DNA from: a virus
IMG/VR virus record: IMGVR_UViG_3300028908_000005
Span: 27,977 to 91,976 of that record
Strand: one strand, 5' to 3'
Length of the DNA: 64,000 nucleotides
A model generated the notes under the pieces. It was not told the DNA's origin. It worked only from the letters and a program-made list of their open reading frames with translations, and did not search any database. Every line of letters begins with the position of its first letter. Position 1 is the stretch's first letter. The position numbers and the translations under genes are program-made. Of the stretch, positions 33,222 through 43,014 are shown piece after piece.

Positions 33222-33910
33222 TCTGGGAACGTCCTTATGTCGACTCGCGTAGGCTTCGCAACGAAACCGCGTTTACCGGACATATAGCGCGATTTCCATT
33301 GCTTGTCGTTGCGGTGCCATGAATGGTAAAAGCCGTTAACGCGTTTCCGTATAATCCGTAACCCTGCCCGCTTAGCTCGCTTGAATATATCCGTATCCTC
33401 ACCGCCCCAACGCCAGCAAAGTTTTGCGTTCCACTGCCTGATGTTGCAAAAATCAGTTTTAACAAAACCACAGTTACCGTATCCGCGATCTCGCCACCAA
33501 CCGTTTCCGGCTTTGACAACCATCGGCTTGTCGCGGTGTAACGAGTAGCAAATGGGAAACCATGCAGTGCCGGGAGTTATAACAGAAAAGGCTAAAACCG
33601 CAAAGTCTTCCGGCAATCGCACATCCGCATCCGCAAAGAATACTATATCCTGTTTGCGGATATTGGCAGAAGCGACGCCGGTGTTGAGGCATTGTCCCCT
33701 GTTAAACGGCACACCATGCAGTGTCACGAGCGTCGCCGGTATCGCAGCCGCTTTGACGACCTCGGCGACATCCGCATCGTCTGACTGGCAGTCGACAACC
33801 ACGACACGGCATCGCTCGACCTTTTGCAATCTGCGTATATCTTGCAGCAACGCGGCAACGTGCTGTGTACGGTTTTTGTTCGCTACGACGAACGTCAAAT
33901 GCGGTATCAT
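33218..33910 (-). CDS. GT-A glycosyltransferase (GT2/GT7-like), paralog 1
   Basis: VVDCQSDD, FNRGQCLNTG, FFADAD, WFPICYSL, WGGED, FYHSWH. Confidence 0.85.
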   Translation of the reverse strand: MIPHLTFVVANKNRTQHVAALLQDIRRLQKVERCRVVVVDCQSDDADVAEVVKAAAIPATLVTLHGVPFNRGQCLNTGVASANIRKQDIVFFADADVRLPEDFAVLAFSVITPGTAWFPICYSLHRDKPMVVKAGNGWWRDRGYGNCGFVKTDFCNIRQWNAKLCWRWGGEDTDIFKRAKRAGLRIIRKRVNGFYHSWHRNDKQWKSRYMSGKRGFVAKPTRVDIRTFPD

Positions 33911-33923
33911 GATTTCGCTGCAA

Positions 33924-35801
33924 TCATTGCATTTGGCCGACGACCTGCTGCTGTGCCATCGCTACGCCCTGGCGCGCCGCGTCTTGGCGAATTGCGTCAA
34001 GCTGATCGCGGATTATCGGGTGTAAACTTGGTGCCCGCTGTTTGATCTGCCGCAACGCGCTGTCCTTCATCGTTTCCGGAAGCTGGAACAGCTGCTGCGC
34101 AATGTTCTGGGCTATTTGCATTGCTTCTTCAGGTGTGAGTTTTTCGAATTGCCCTTGCGGTAGTTGCGCCAAAATCGCGGCTATCGGGTCGCCGGCGGCT
34201 TGCGCTGCTGGGCCGCCGCCGGCAGGAGCCGCACCGCCGGCTGGCGCTGCTGCGGGTGCGCCGCCAGGAGCAGCACCAGCGGCTGCGTCCTGCTGCCCTG
34301 GCGTAATGCCAGCAGCCAAAATATCGCCAAGGCCGCCGGCTTCCAACTCTTCTTGCGTCTCTTTGCTCTTCTCGGCCACGAACTTCTCTTCTTCGAGCAG
34401 CCGCGATTGCTCTTCCTCGAAATCGAGTCCAATACCTTTGAGTCCGGTAGTTTGGCTGATTTGCCGCTGCATCATCAGCTGCAGTTTTGCCAGCTGGCGG
34501 TTCATGTCGTCGACGTGCGACGGGCGTTGCAGCTTCGGTTTGACCGATTCCCAACGCAACAGCTCGCTGACACGATCGCAAAGCCAATGCAGGAAACGAT
34601 TCATCATATGAATCAAATGACCCCAATGGCTTTCCATAAGCCGCAATGAAACGTTAGCTGACTGGATCGTCATCGAACCGCGGTAAAACTCGACCGGAAT
34701 GCCGGTAGCATTCAGCAGCGTGTCGATCGCTTGATCCATTAGCTGGTACGGTGCCAACTGCGAAGCTTCGCCGCCAAGCACCTGATAACGCACCGGGAAC
34801 GGCAGCGTGTGCCACGTTGTCGGATCTTGCCGCCGTTGCCGCAGCATACTTTGCACTTGGCCAGTAAAGCCGGCCAGGTCCGCAGTGAACATTGGATCTG
34901 CAAACTCGGCGCCAGCCCCTGACGGGCGCGGCTCGGGCGTAATAACGCGGAAAGGAATGATGTAATCCAGTCCGATCGCTTCGTTGTACCGGTGCAACAC
35001 TTGGACGTACCAAGCATGGCGGAAGTTCGTCAGTGTTCGGCTGATTCCCCAACCGCGATTAACGATACCCGCCAGTGTATCTTCCTTGGCGTGGTAGATC
35101 ACGCCAGGGTTGAATTTGAAATACGCATTCTCTTTTACCGCTTGTATGATCTCCCACGGAGCGCGCTCCAACACATGCGGAACGCCGCGTGTGATCAATT
35201 CGCGGTAATACTGAGGGATTCGCCAGATATACTCGACTTCGTGCGTATACGGATCCCAGACGAGCTCGATATGCTTCGGGTTTCGCCGGAGTACCTGCAA
35301 TCTGGACGAGTCGGTTGACCGCCTATCAACACGCGACCACACACCGGTATATCCGCACAGCGGGCATGTAGCGTTGAACTGCATATCCCACTTGAATCTG
35401 AACTTCTGGTTGTCCACAACCGTTCGCATAGGCGCTTCGAAGCCGCATTTGCGGCAGCGAAGATACCGGTGCTGCGGCATGACTACCGTCGTAAAGCTAT
35501 TGCCGTACGTGATGTAATCAAGGCCGAGTTGCCGCAGTACCGGCATGATTCCGATTTCGTCGTAGAGAAAATCCAAATACTGTCGCTTCAGATCGTGGTC
35601 AGCATCAGTGATATCGATGTCGGTTATGAAATAACTGATGATCCGTTCAATCGCCGTACGGTAGATCCCGTTCGCCATGACGACTTGTTCGCACAGCTCC
35701 AAGGCATCTGCTATCGACGCCGGCATCGACATCGAAGCATAATCGTAAAACGGATCGGGAAACGGCTCGATACCAGCCTTCTGCGACCATCGATCTAACA
35801 T
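33924..35801 (-). CDS. Probable portal protein
   Basis: 625 aa with a portal-like order of motifs (LGLDYITYGNSF, RNPKHIEL, IYHAK, RGWGIS, ATGIP.EF) and a Gln/Ala/Gly-rich C-tail; Zn-ribbon insert CRKC...CPLC. Confidence 0.6.
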   Translation of the reverse strand: MLDRWSQKAGIEPFPDPFYDYASMSMPASIADALELCEQVVMANGIYRTAIERIISYFITDIDITDADHDLKRQYLDFLYDEIGIMPVLRQLGLDYITYGNSFTTVVMPQHRYLRCRKCGFEAPMRTVVDNQKFRFKWDMQFNATCPLCGYTGVWSRVDRRSTDSSRLQVLRRNPKHIELVWDPYTHEVEYIWRIPQYYRELITRGVPHVLERAPWEIIQAVKENAYFKFNPGVIYHAKEDTLAGIVNRGWGISRTLTNFRHAWYVQVLHRYNEAIGLDYIIPFRVITPEPRPSGAGAEFADPMFTADLAGFTGQVQSMLRQRRQDPTTWHTLPFPVRYQVLGGEASQLAPYQLMDQAIDTLLNATGIPVEFYRGSMTIQSANVSLRLMESHWGHLIHMMNRFLHWLCDRVSELLRWESVKPKLQRPSHVDDMNRQLAKLQLMMQRQISQTTGLKGIGLDFEEEQSRLLEEEKFVAEKSKETQEELEAGGLGDILAAGITPGQQDAAAGAAPGGAPAAAPAGGAAPAGGGPAAQAAGDPIAAILAQLPQGQFEKLTPEEAMQIAQNIAQQLFQLPETMKDSALRQIKQRAPSLHPIIRDQLDAIRQDAARQGVAMAQQQVVGQMQ

Positions 35802-35819
35802 TTTTCGGCCTTCGACAAA

Positions 35820-36008
35820 TTAAGATTTCGTTGGCGTTTCTGCAGTTTCCGCAGCTTCCGCAGCTTTCGCCAACTTGCTAAGCGCCCAATCCTCAAGCTC
35901 TCTGCTAGCATCAAATGCTGACGCCTGCTTCTTCTGCTTAGCGTCATCCTCGAATGCCGCTACCGGTTTGGTACGCCCAGGCTCTACGACGTTGCGTTTC
36001 TCCATCAT
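35820..36008 (-). CDS. Small hypothetical protein
   Basis: Tight packing before the portal. Confidence 0.6.
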   Translation of the reverse strand: MMEKRNVVEPGRTKPVAAFEDDAKQKKQASAFDASRELEDWALSKLAKAAEAAETAETPTKS

Positions 36009-36012
36009 TGGA

Positions 36013-36624
36013 TCAATCCCAGTCCGACGGTGCCGGCAATTCCTCGGTAATCAGCAGTACCGCCACCTTGTAGTTATCTAATTGAAAGTCGATACCCGGC
36101 GCTTTCGTACGGTATAACACTTTTGTACCGGGTATGTACACCGCAATATCGTCGTCCCCCGCTTGGGGGATGACACGCGGATAGCCAGCAGCCCGGTCGT
36201 CGAAGACCAGCGCCAGCACGAATCCGTTGCGTATCACTTTATGGAAATACGCCTCGATGATCAGCGATTGCCCCTTTACTTGGAACTGCAATCGCTGTTT
36301 TGGCCGCAGATCGGTCGGCGCCGGCGGTTCGTTTGCCTGCGCTACCGGCCACAGCGAACCTTTAATTGCTCGGGGCTGCTCAGCCGCCGGTTCGACCGGT
36401 TCTGGGAGAGCTGCCGTCGTCGCAGCAGGCTCGGGTTCCGCCGCTACCTGCTTCGCCGCTTCTGGCAGCGGTTTCCCTTTAGCAACAGCCTCCAAATACT
36501 GCTGCTGATTTAGTTCCACATTGACGCCGTCGGGGTCGATCACGATCTTCGGCGCCGGTGTCGCAACCGGTCGCTCATCCGGTGTTTCGTCTAATGTCTG
36601 GTTCGCGCTCATGGGTATTTCCAA
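36013..36624 (-). CDS. Hypothetical protein
   Basis: ORF in the operon. Confidence 0.65.
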   Translation of the reverse strand: MEIPMSANQTLDETPDERPVATPAPKIVIDPDGVNVELNQQQYLEAVAKGKPLPEAAKQVAAEPEPAATTAALPEPVEPAAEQPRAIKGSLWPVAQANEPPAPTDLRPKQRLQFQVKGQSLIIEAYFHKVIRNGFVLALVFDDRAAGYPRVIPQAGDDDIAVYIPGTKVLYRTKAPGIDFQLDNYKVAVLLITEELPAPSDWD

Positions 36625-36940
36625 ATGTTGTACTATGCTGCAAAGCGGTTATCGGCACTTCGCAGAACCATAACCGCTGAAGCTTCCGCATCGTAGGCAA
36701 ATCTTGCGGGCGTTCTGCAACGCCCATCACAACTCTGTCGATCTCGGTAAAATCAAGCGGGCTCTCGCCTTCTCCTACGCGAGAGAACGCAAGCAAGTCT
36801 TCGAGCGAAAGGTCGGGGCACTCGACGTAAACCGGCAAGTACCCCGACCTCGGCCAATATGGATAGATCACGGGCTCGCTGTCAGAAACTGACAAAAGCC
36901 AGTCCAACGGCGATGCGCCGCTTAGCGTTTCGATCTCCAC
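36575..36940 (-). CDS. Hypothetical protein
   Basis: ORF in the operon, GGAGG upstream. Confidence 0.6.
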   Translation of the reverse strand: MEIETLSGASPLDWLLSVSDSEPVIYPYWPRSGYLPVYVECPDLSLEDLLAFSRVGEGESPLDFTEIDRVVMGVAERPQDLPTMRKLQRLWFCEVPITALQHSTTFGNTHEREPDIRRNTG

Positions 36941-38416
36941 CTAACGCCTCCGTGAGTCCATCTGCGACAAGCTCCAGCGCACATGGGCGCTTGCGTCACG
37001 TCCCCGCAGCATCGGTGTGTTGACGGTTCGTCGCCCAGCGTCAACGACGGTCGCGGTACAATTATACCGCAAATCTCGCAATCCGTCAGCATCGACAAGC
37101 TGCGAGATGCCGCAGCCGAAGCGGACGATCATACCGCCAGCAACCGCATCTGTTGCGCGATAATCGACAATCTTTTCACCGCGCAGCGTCAGCTGGTGCG
37201 ACGCCTGCCGAAAGTCGGCACCAACGAACACGAACTCCGGCGGCGCCGGCTTGCCGTCGTAAACCTGGCTGTACGTCGCAAAATCGCAGACGTATAGCTG
37301 CGACTCGCTGACGTGTTCCAGCGGCAAATCCTCCTGCGGCGGTTCGCTAAACGCAGCGACGTAGTTAGCAACTTGCGGCCTACCGTAGCGCACAAACTGC
37401 TGCTCGGCCTCGTCGCGCCACTTGCACAGAACCTCAACCGTGCCTGCCGCGTCGCCGGCCAAACTTGGATCACTCTCCAAATCTGCCATGCTGACGCCGG
37501 CACTCTGAGCGGCAAGTAGCAATTCTTCGCTGCATTTCTTCGCGACGCCGTACGCATAAACGGCCCGGAGTGCATGCAAGAACGCTTGCATGTTTTTCGT
37601 GTTGATCACCCCGAGCTGCCACGGCCTGAACGGCTGGAACTGCTCGGGATCGACTGCGCCGGGGCGACGATTCGCCTCGCGGAGCTCCATCTCAGCGATA
37701 TCGGTAAGCAGCCGTTTGCGGTCGTTAGCCGGCAGCGTATCGACCGTAAACTTGCGGCCGTACTTTCGCTTGGCGTCCCGCAGCGCCCGCTGTTCGCGAT
37801 GCTTGCGCTTTGCCGCGACGTTAAACGCCCCCGGTGTCCGCCAGCCGTCGATATCCCACAAGTTATTCGCAGCCCCACCAATGACGATATCGTCGTCCTG
37901 CCGCTGTATGCGATACCCTCGCCATGCGATCTTCGGCCTCGCCTTCGTGCCATACACATAGCAAACCGCTGCCGACGTGTCGCCGATTGGCATTATCAGC
38001 GACTTTCTCTGCAGCTCCTGCGGCAGCGAAATCGTCGCATACGCGCCTTGAATCTCGTCCCACACGTCACGGAGCCGCAGCCGTACATCGACAATCCAGC
38101 GCAAAAACAGCTGCATCGCGCGGCTCAGCTGCTTGCCGTGGGTAGCGATAATGTTGTCGCCATCGAATGGCCCGGCGATTAGGCCGGCCTCGCTCATGTG
38201 GTACGCATAGCCGGCAAAACAGTATCTGACCGCCTCGATGATGGTCGAAGATTTGTAGTCGTCGAACAGATCGACCGGCCACTCTTCGCCATCGAGAATG
38301 CCTTGCAACATCCGTTCGCCGAGTGCTGCAATTCCCGGATCCTTCGGTTTTTGCGGCCTTTCCAGCTTGCGATCGGCGGCTACCACACTGTTGCCCATGC
38401 TTAAAAACGTCTTCAT
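36941..38416 (-). CDS. Hypothetical protein (~490 aa)
   Basis: AGGAG RBS before ATG 38416. Confidence 0.75.
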   Translation of the reverse strand: MKTFLSMGNSVVAADRKLERPQKPKDPGIAALGERMLQGILDGEEWPVDLFDDYKSSTIIEAVRYCFAGYAYHMSEAGLIAGPFDGDNIIATHGKQLSRAMQLFLRWIVDVRLRLRDVWDEIQGAYATISLPQELQRKSLIMPIGDTSAAVCYVYGTKARPKIAWRGYRIQRQDDDIVIGGAANNLWDIDGWRTPGAFNVAAKRKHREQRALRDAKRKYGRKFTVDTLPANDRKRLLTDIAEMELREANRRPGAVDPEQFQPFRPWQLGVINTKNMQAFLHALRAVYAYGVAKKCSEELLLAAQSAGVSMADLESDPSLAGDAAGTVEVLCKWRDEAEQQFVRYGRPQVANYVAAFSEPPQEDLPLEHVSESQLYVCDFATYSQVYDGKPAPPEFVFVGADFRQASHQLTLRGEKIVDYRATDAVAGGMIVRFGCGISQLVDADGLRDLRYNCTATVVDAGRRTVNTPMLRGRDASAHVRWSLSQMDSRRR

Positions 38417-38447
38417 TTGCCGTTCTCCTGTAAAAACTGGCAATCAA

Positions 38448-38479
38448 TTAAAAAAGCCGCGGTTTACGTAACCGCGGCT
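38448..38479 (-). terminator. Intrinsic terminator
   Basis: AGCCGCGGTT-N5-AACCGCGGCT followed by a T-run on the minus strand. Confidence 0.8.
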
Positions 38480-38509
38480 GGTGAGGTACTGACAGCTGAC
38501 TAACTGTGA

Positions 38510-38875
38510 CTACTCTGTCGCTTCTTCGTTTTGCTCTTCCTGTTCCTCTTCGTCGTCCGTTTCCGTAGACGTGTCGGCAAGCCTGCCTGGCGGTCTGACG
38601 CGACCGTCGTCATCAGTCAACGTCCGTACTGCCATCCTTGCTACGTCCATGTCGATATCAGGCCGACCGTCGCGGAGCATCGCTGGAAACTCGGCTACCC
38701 CTACGCGGACGCGGCTGCCCTGAAACATAAACACGTAAACTTCTTCGTCCGGCCTAACAGTCGTGTAAATGTTGTTGGCCGCTTCGACTAGCGTTTCAGT
38801 ATCCGGATACTCGCGGCAGTAAACGTTTGTCGCGTCGCCTACCGTTACGCACACCAAAAAACATTTAGCGTCCAT
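38510..38875 (-). CDS. Hypothetical protein with acidic tail
   Basis: ORF in the operon. Confidence 0.65.
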   Translation of the reverse strand: MDAKCFLVCVTVGDATNVYCREYPDTETLVEAANNIYTTVRPDEEVYVFMFQGSRVRVGVAEFPAMLRDGRPDIDMDVARMAVRTLTDDDGRVRPPGRLADTSTETDDEEEQEEQNEEATE

Positions 38876-39221
38876 GATCTGCTTTCGTTATCGGTGCCAA
38901 CCGCAGCCATGACGTGTCTTGTTCCTGCTTCGGTAGCGTCGGTTGCGGAGGCGGTGTCGGCGTTGCGGCCGCGTTCTCTCTGTACAACACGACAACGCCA
39001 ATTGTGACTGCGCGCTTCGTCATCTCGCGGTCAAGCCACACCGTGTGGTAACCCGGCGGACTGACGTTGACAATCTCCGCACCAGTCGCCGCCACCCAAG
39101 CGTTGACTTGCGCGTCGAGCGGCGCGTCAGCCGTCGTCGCGTCCCATTTATCACCCTGCTGGTCCAGCTTTACCGCTGTCCACGTTTGCTGGACCAGTTT
39201 CGACTTTATTTGCATCGTCAC
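38865..39221 (-). CDS. Hypothetical protein
   Basis: ORF in the operon. Confidence 0.65.
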   Translation of the reverse strand: MTMQIKSKLVQQTWTAVKLDQQGDKWDATTADAPLDAQVNAWVAATGAEIVNVSPPGYHTVWLDREMTKRAVTIGVVVLYRENAAATPTPPPQPTLPKQEQDTSWLRLAPITKADHGR

Positions 39222-39465
39222 CGCCTTGATCGAAAATGCTCAACACTGCCTCTTCCTCGTCAACGTACCGGACATGCACACGACCGGTCTTACCAGATAC
39301 GTACAACGTACCTCGCTTGACCGTGCCGCTGTCGCCAACCGTCTCGACATAGCCGATCGGTTGAAGGCTGCCCGGTGTGCGGAATTTCGGCTGAATAACC
39401 AGCCGGTTCCCGTTGACTGACCAAACGGCTTCCGTCTCACTCGGAGGGATCGCGTTAATCTTCAT
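39151..39465 (-). CDS. Hypothetical protein
   Basis: AAGGA RBS before ATG 39465. Confidence 0.6.
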   Translation of the reverse strand: MKINAIPPSETEAVWSVNGNRLVIQPKFRTPGSLQPIGYVETVGDSGTVKRGTLYVSGKTGRVHVRYVDEEEAVLSIFDQGGDDANKVETGPANVDSGKAGPAG

Positions 39466-40168
39466 GTTTCGTTTCCTTTGCGATTCCAAACTTTAGATTA
39501 CGTTGCAGCTGCTCGTTGTAGCGGCGGACAAAAGAAGCCAACGCCGGGTTTGCTCGTGCTGCGAGTTGTTCGGTCGTATCTTGCGATATGATCGACTGCA
39601 GCGCTTGCGCCCCCGGCGTTGCGGCCACTTTTTGCAGTTTAGCGGTCCCCATGCCAAACTGCGCTCTCACCCCGTAGTCCGGCCCGTTTATGCCGTAGAT
39701 GGTCAACGTGACCAACGGCGTGTCTGGCGTCACCAGGCCGGTTACGGCATCTGCAACATTTCCTGTGTACGGGACAGTCTCATACACTTTCCGCCGGTTG
39801 CGGTCGACGACAACAACACCGCAGAGAAACTCGTGGAGACTCTGCCAGTATTCGTGTCGTACGCCGAGCACCAGCTGGCCCCACGTCGGTTCCCCTCTAT
39901 CACACGATCGATGTGTGAGGCCGCTGATGATCGGCTGTTTGCAAATATACCTGATGATACGGATGTTCGCATCACCTTGCTGCGCGTACCAGTCGGCCAG
40001 CGGATCGTCTTCGGGATCCCGCATGCCGGCAAACTGAAAGAGGGCGCCGTGATTGAAGAATCGGTAGTCGGTCTGCAACGCCGCCAAACTATGCCGCGGC
40101 TTGACTTGCTCAACCGTAGCCGATTCCTTCGGTATTCGCGAACATTTTCCGTATTCGTCAGGTATCAT
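39455..40168 (-). CDS. Hypothetical protein
   Basis: ATGA overlap with the upstream gene. Confidence 0.7.
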   Translation of the reverse strand: MIPDEYGKCSRIPKESATVEQVKPRHSLAALQTDYRFFNHGALFQFAGMRDPEDDPLADWYAQQGDANIRIIRYICKQPIISGLTHRSCDRGEPTWGQLVLGVRHEYWQSLHEFLCGVVVVDRNRRKVYETVPYTGNVADAVTGLVTPDTPLVTLTIYGINGPDYGVRAQFGMGTAKLQKVAATPGAQALQSIISQDTTEQLAARANPALASFVRRYNEQLQRNLKFGIAKETKHED

Positions 40169-40812
40169 ACGCTCTCTCGTACGAGCTGCATTTTCGCTGT
40201 GAACTCGGCGGCGGCTTGTGCCAACGTCAACGCCGAATTATCCGGCAGCTCGATCTTGTACATTTCGCAAAACTGCCGCACAGTCGTCGCTTTGCGTGCA
40301 GCCGCTTTTGTAACAAGTTCGAACGGATCGATCAAGCCAGTAGACTGCGTCCACAGACTTGCCGGCACCGCCAGATCACGGCTGCCGAACCGCAAATACT
40401 GCGCGCAAAGGACACGCAGAACGTCGCGAACATCGAAGCCGAATATCGCAATTTCGGCGTCGTACACGGTCTGGTATATGTCACCAGTGAACGCGAACAG
40501 CCGTCGCAAAACGGGATGCACCGCCAAATCATGCAGGAACTCGCCGGGAATATCCGTTTGCGAAACGATCTCGTCGTGGCTGTCCAATAAGCAGACCTGG
40601 CGGATACGGCCAAAACCGGCTGCCGTTTGCAGCTCGGCTGCCCGCTCAATCGCCTTCCGCGCTTTGTATTCTGCTTGTTTGTCCGGATTCTTGATCGCCT
40701 TGCTATCCGGGATCGGCACACAGTATTTCTCCATGTCGTCATCCAGGTGCTGATCGTAGTCATCGAAAACGCCGCCCAGATAGAACACGTCGATATGCTT
40801 ACATTGAGACAT
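40165..40812 (-). CDS. Divergent 3'-5' exonuclease-like (PolB-exo-like) protein
   Basis: Weak layout similarity (FGRIRQVCL, IFGFDV, IDPF, FCEMYKIE); catalytic acids not evident. Confidence 0.4.
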   Translation of the reverse strand: MSQCKHIDVFYLGGVFDDYDQHLDDDMEKYCVPIPDSKAIKNPDKQAEYKARKAIERAAELQTAAGFGRIRQVCLLDSHDEIVSQTDIPGEFLHDLAVHPVLRRLFAFTGDIYQTVYDAEIAIFGFDVRDVLRVLCAQYLRFGSRDLAVPASLWTQSTGLIDPFELVTKAAARKATTVRQFCEMYKIELPDNSALTLAQAAAEFTAKMQLVRESV

Positions 40813-41101
40813 AAGGAATTTTCCGTTTTCCGAGGATCAAGCGACGCACAAGTACCACAAGCAGGTGGTAAATGCTTGCGACGCAGAGTGCAACGATAAA
40901 TAGCAGCGGCGCGATCGCCGTCAAAACGGCGATAGCCGCCGACAGCAGCGACAGCAGCGTTAGCCACAACGGCCAGGTTAATCCGATAACCGCAGCAAAC
41001 GCCTTTGCGTCTTCGTCAGGCTCGTCGTCGAACAGGTAGTACGCGCGTTCACCAATCAACGCTGCGACCACCAGATACGTAATTACAATCGCAGTAGTCA
41101 T
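40799..41101 (-). CDS. Membrane protein
   Basis: Three hydrophobic segments, TWPLWL. Confidence 0.65.
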   Translation of the reverse strand: MTTAIVITYLVVAALIGERAYYLFDDEPDEDAKAFAAVIGLTWPLWLTLLSLLSAAIAVLTAIAPLLFIVALCVASIYHLLVVLVRRLILGKRKIPYVSM

Positions 41102-41730
41102 CTCTGCTCTCCGATCAGCGCTGCCCCGTACTCCTCGAAACCGAGATAAGCGACGAAGGCAGCGTCAGCCATGTTATCGACACCTGTCGTTTGGTAATCG
41201 GCAGGATCAAGCTCGGTACCGAACTTCTCGTTGCATGCTTTGATCATAGCGACTTTATTTGCGTTCCCCTTGCCGGTTGCCGCCTTTTTGATCTCGCCGA
41301 TACCGTAGCCGACAGCTGGCGTATTCTGCTCTTCGGCCCAGGTGGTCGTAACTATTTTCAGGCCGCCCAAGAACTCGATCGCAGTCGCTGCCCGTGCCAG
41401 TATAGCCTGCACCGACGTGCGGCCGACGTATCGCTCTTTGCTGCCGCTGAACTTGACATCCTCAAACGCGATCAGGTCCGGCGCCGTCGCCAGCAACAAT
41501 TGTTTGAGGCGTATAAATTGTGTCGGCCCGCTGTCGTAACGGCCCAACGACAAATCCCACTGCCCGAGAAGCAGTTGGACTTTGTTCGGCGTCGTCGCCG
41601 TAAAATCGATTATGGCGACGCCGCACGAGCGACCGAAATCCAAGCCGAGAATGCGACGACCGCGTTTTTGCCGCAGTTTGGCCCGGTACGTTTCGATATC
41701 TCGGAGTTTCGAAAAAACAGCAGTCTGCAT
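41098..41730 (-). CDS. ruvC: RuvC-like Holliday junction resolvase
   Basis: ILGLDFG, IAFED, IKKAATGKGNANK..M, DNMADA. Confidence 0.88.
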   Translation of the reverse strand: MQTAVFSKLRDIETYRAKLRQKRGRRILGLDFGRSCGVAIIDFTATTPNKVQLLLGQWDLSLGRYDSGPTQFIRLKQLLLATAPDLIAFEDVKFSGSKERYVGRTSVQAILARAATAIEFLGGLKIVTTTWAEEQNTPAVGYGIGEIKKAATGKGNANKVAMIKACNEKFGTELDPADYQTTGVDNMADAAFVAYLGFEEYGAALIGEQR

Positions 41731-42230
41731 TACGGCCTCGGAGTTGCAACTATTTTGTAAAAACGCAGAGTGCCACCGCCATCGTCAACCAGCACTACTG
41801 GCAGTTTCGTAGCATCGTCCGGCGACGCGACCAGAACTCTGCGCTGCGCTATATCAAGCGCTTTGCGTGCGTCGATTCCCAGCCTGTCGCAGTAAAAGTC
41901 GAAAAGGATCGTCTCCGCGTTAGCGACCAACGCTGCTGCCTGCCCGCGCGTAAGCTGCTCGATACGGATATCGGTTGCTTCGCTGGCGAGGTCGGATATC
42001 TCAAACCCGTCTGTAACCAGCACCGATGTGTACCGCGGCGCCTGCGAATCAGCTGCCGCTTTCATTTTCTCCAGCGAATGGTCGTTCTCGCAATAAACGT
42101 CAGGTACTTCGTCAAAGCCGGTTATAACAACATGTTTGAGCTTCCAATTGTCGCCCAGCTTACATTGGCTGGCGTATGCCTTTATCGACGCTTGGATCTC
42201 GCCACCGCAAATAGGACATTTGTCGATCAT
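41730..42230 (-). CDS. Hypothetical protein with N-terminal CPICG
   Basis: ORF in the operon. Confidence 0.65.
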   Translation of the reverse strand: MIDKCPICGGEIQASIKAYASQCKLGDNWKLKHVVITGFDEVPDVYCENDHSLEKMKAAADSQAPRYTSVLVTDGFEISDLASEATDIRIEQLTRGQAAALVANAETILFDFYCDRLGIDARKALDIAQRRVLVASPDDATKLPVVLVDDGGGTLRFYKIVATPRP

Positions 42231-42952
42231 TTGCTCAGCTCCGCATGTTTCTCGTAAAGCGCTGCTAACAACCGCGTTGTCGACGTGACGCGAACAAGCT
42301 GCGAACTCGTCAGTTTTGCAGCGCTAAGTAGATCATACTTCGGTACGCAATGATTCAGCATACTCCAGCGAACGCCAGGAGCTATCTCTTCCGCTATCCT
42401 GTCGTAAAACTCTGGCAGCGATTCATCGAGTACCGGTAATGGCACTATTTCGTAGTCGCGTTCGAAAAGCTGTGCCGCTTTTTCGGCCAACCCAGCGCAG
42501 TAGTATTGCTCCGGCGGCTCCCACTTTATGTCAAACTGCTCCGCCAAACGCACCAATTGCGGTATGTCGAGGCCGTAGCCGTGAAATGTGACCAATGGCA
42601 ACTGCTTGACGGCGTCGAGCGAGTCGAACACCGCTCGCGCGGCAATGTCCGGCAGATTACCTTGTTCCGCCAAAATGCGATCGGTGTAATAATCTTTTCG
42701 CTGTGACCCGCGGCGACCTAAGTCATCGAATGTTCGTCGCTTGATGTACTCTGCCGCGACCTCTGCTGGCACTCCTGGAGCCGACCAGTTAAATATGATT
42801 TCGTCGTTTGCAAAAACTTTGCCGCGGCTTGCCAGCGAGATGCCGACGGCTTTTACGAAATCCTGTGACCCGAGCCCGGTAGTATCGAGCGCTATCGTCA
42901 CATACTCGCGTGCGTATGGAAAGCTACGCGCAAAACTCTTAAACCAGTTCAA
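42227..42952 (-). CDS. DnaQ/DEDD exonuclease-fold protein, degenerate
   Basis: VTIALDTTGL (compare DxETTGL) and LVTFHGYGLDIP (compare H/N..FD); no ExoIII HxAxxD. Confidence 0.55.
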   Translation of the reverse strand: MNWFKSFARSFPYAREYVTIALDTTGLGSQDFVKAVGISLASRGKVFANDEIIFNWSAPGVPAEVAAEYIKRRTFDDLGRRGSQRKDYYTDRILAEQGNLPDIAARAVFDSLDAVKQLPLVTFHGYGLDIPQLVRLAEQFDIKWEPPEQYYCAGLAEKAAQLFERDYEIVPLPVLDESLPEFYDRIAEEIAPGVRWSMLNHCVPKYDLLSAAKLTSSQLVRVTSTTRLLAALYEKHAELSK

Positions 42953-43014
42953 TGTTTTTCTGATACCTAAAAACTCAGGTAAGCAAGCTACCGCGAGCGT
43001 CTCGCTCGCAGTAT

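Noticed and set aside
39503-40753. Long plus-strand ORFs antisense to real genes (also 22098..22988, 10143..10871, 48561..49172, 59114..59746)
   Set aside because: These are antisense shadows expected in GC-rich or repetitive coding DNA.
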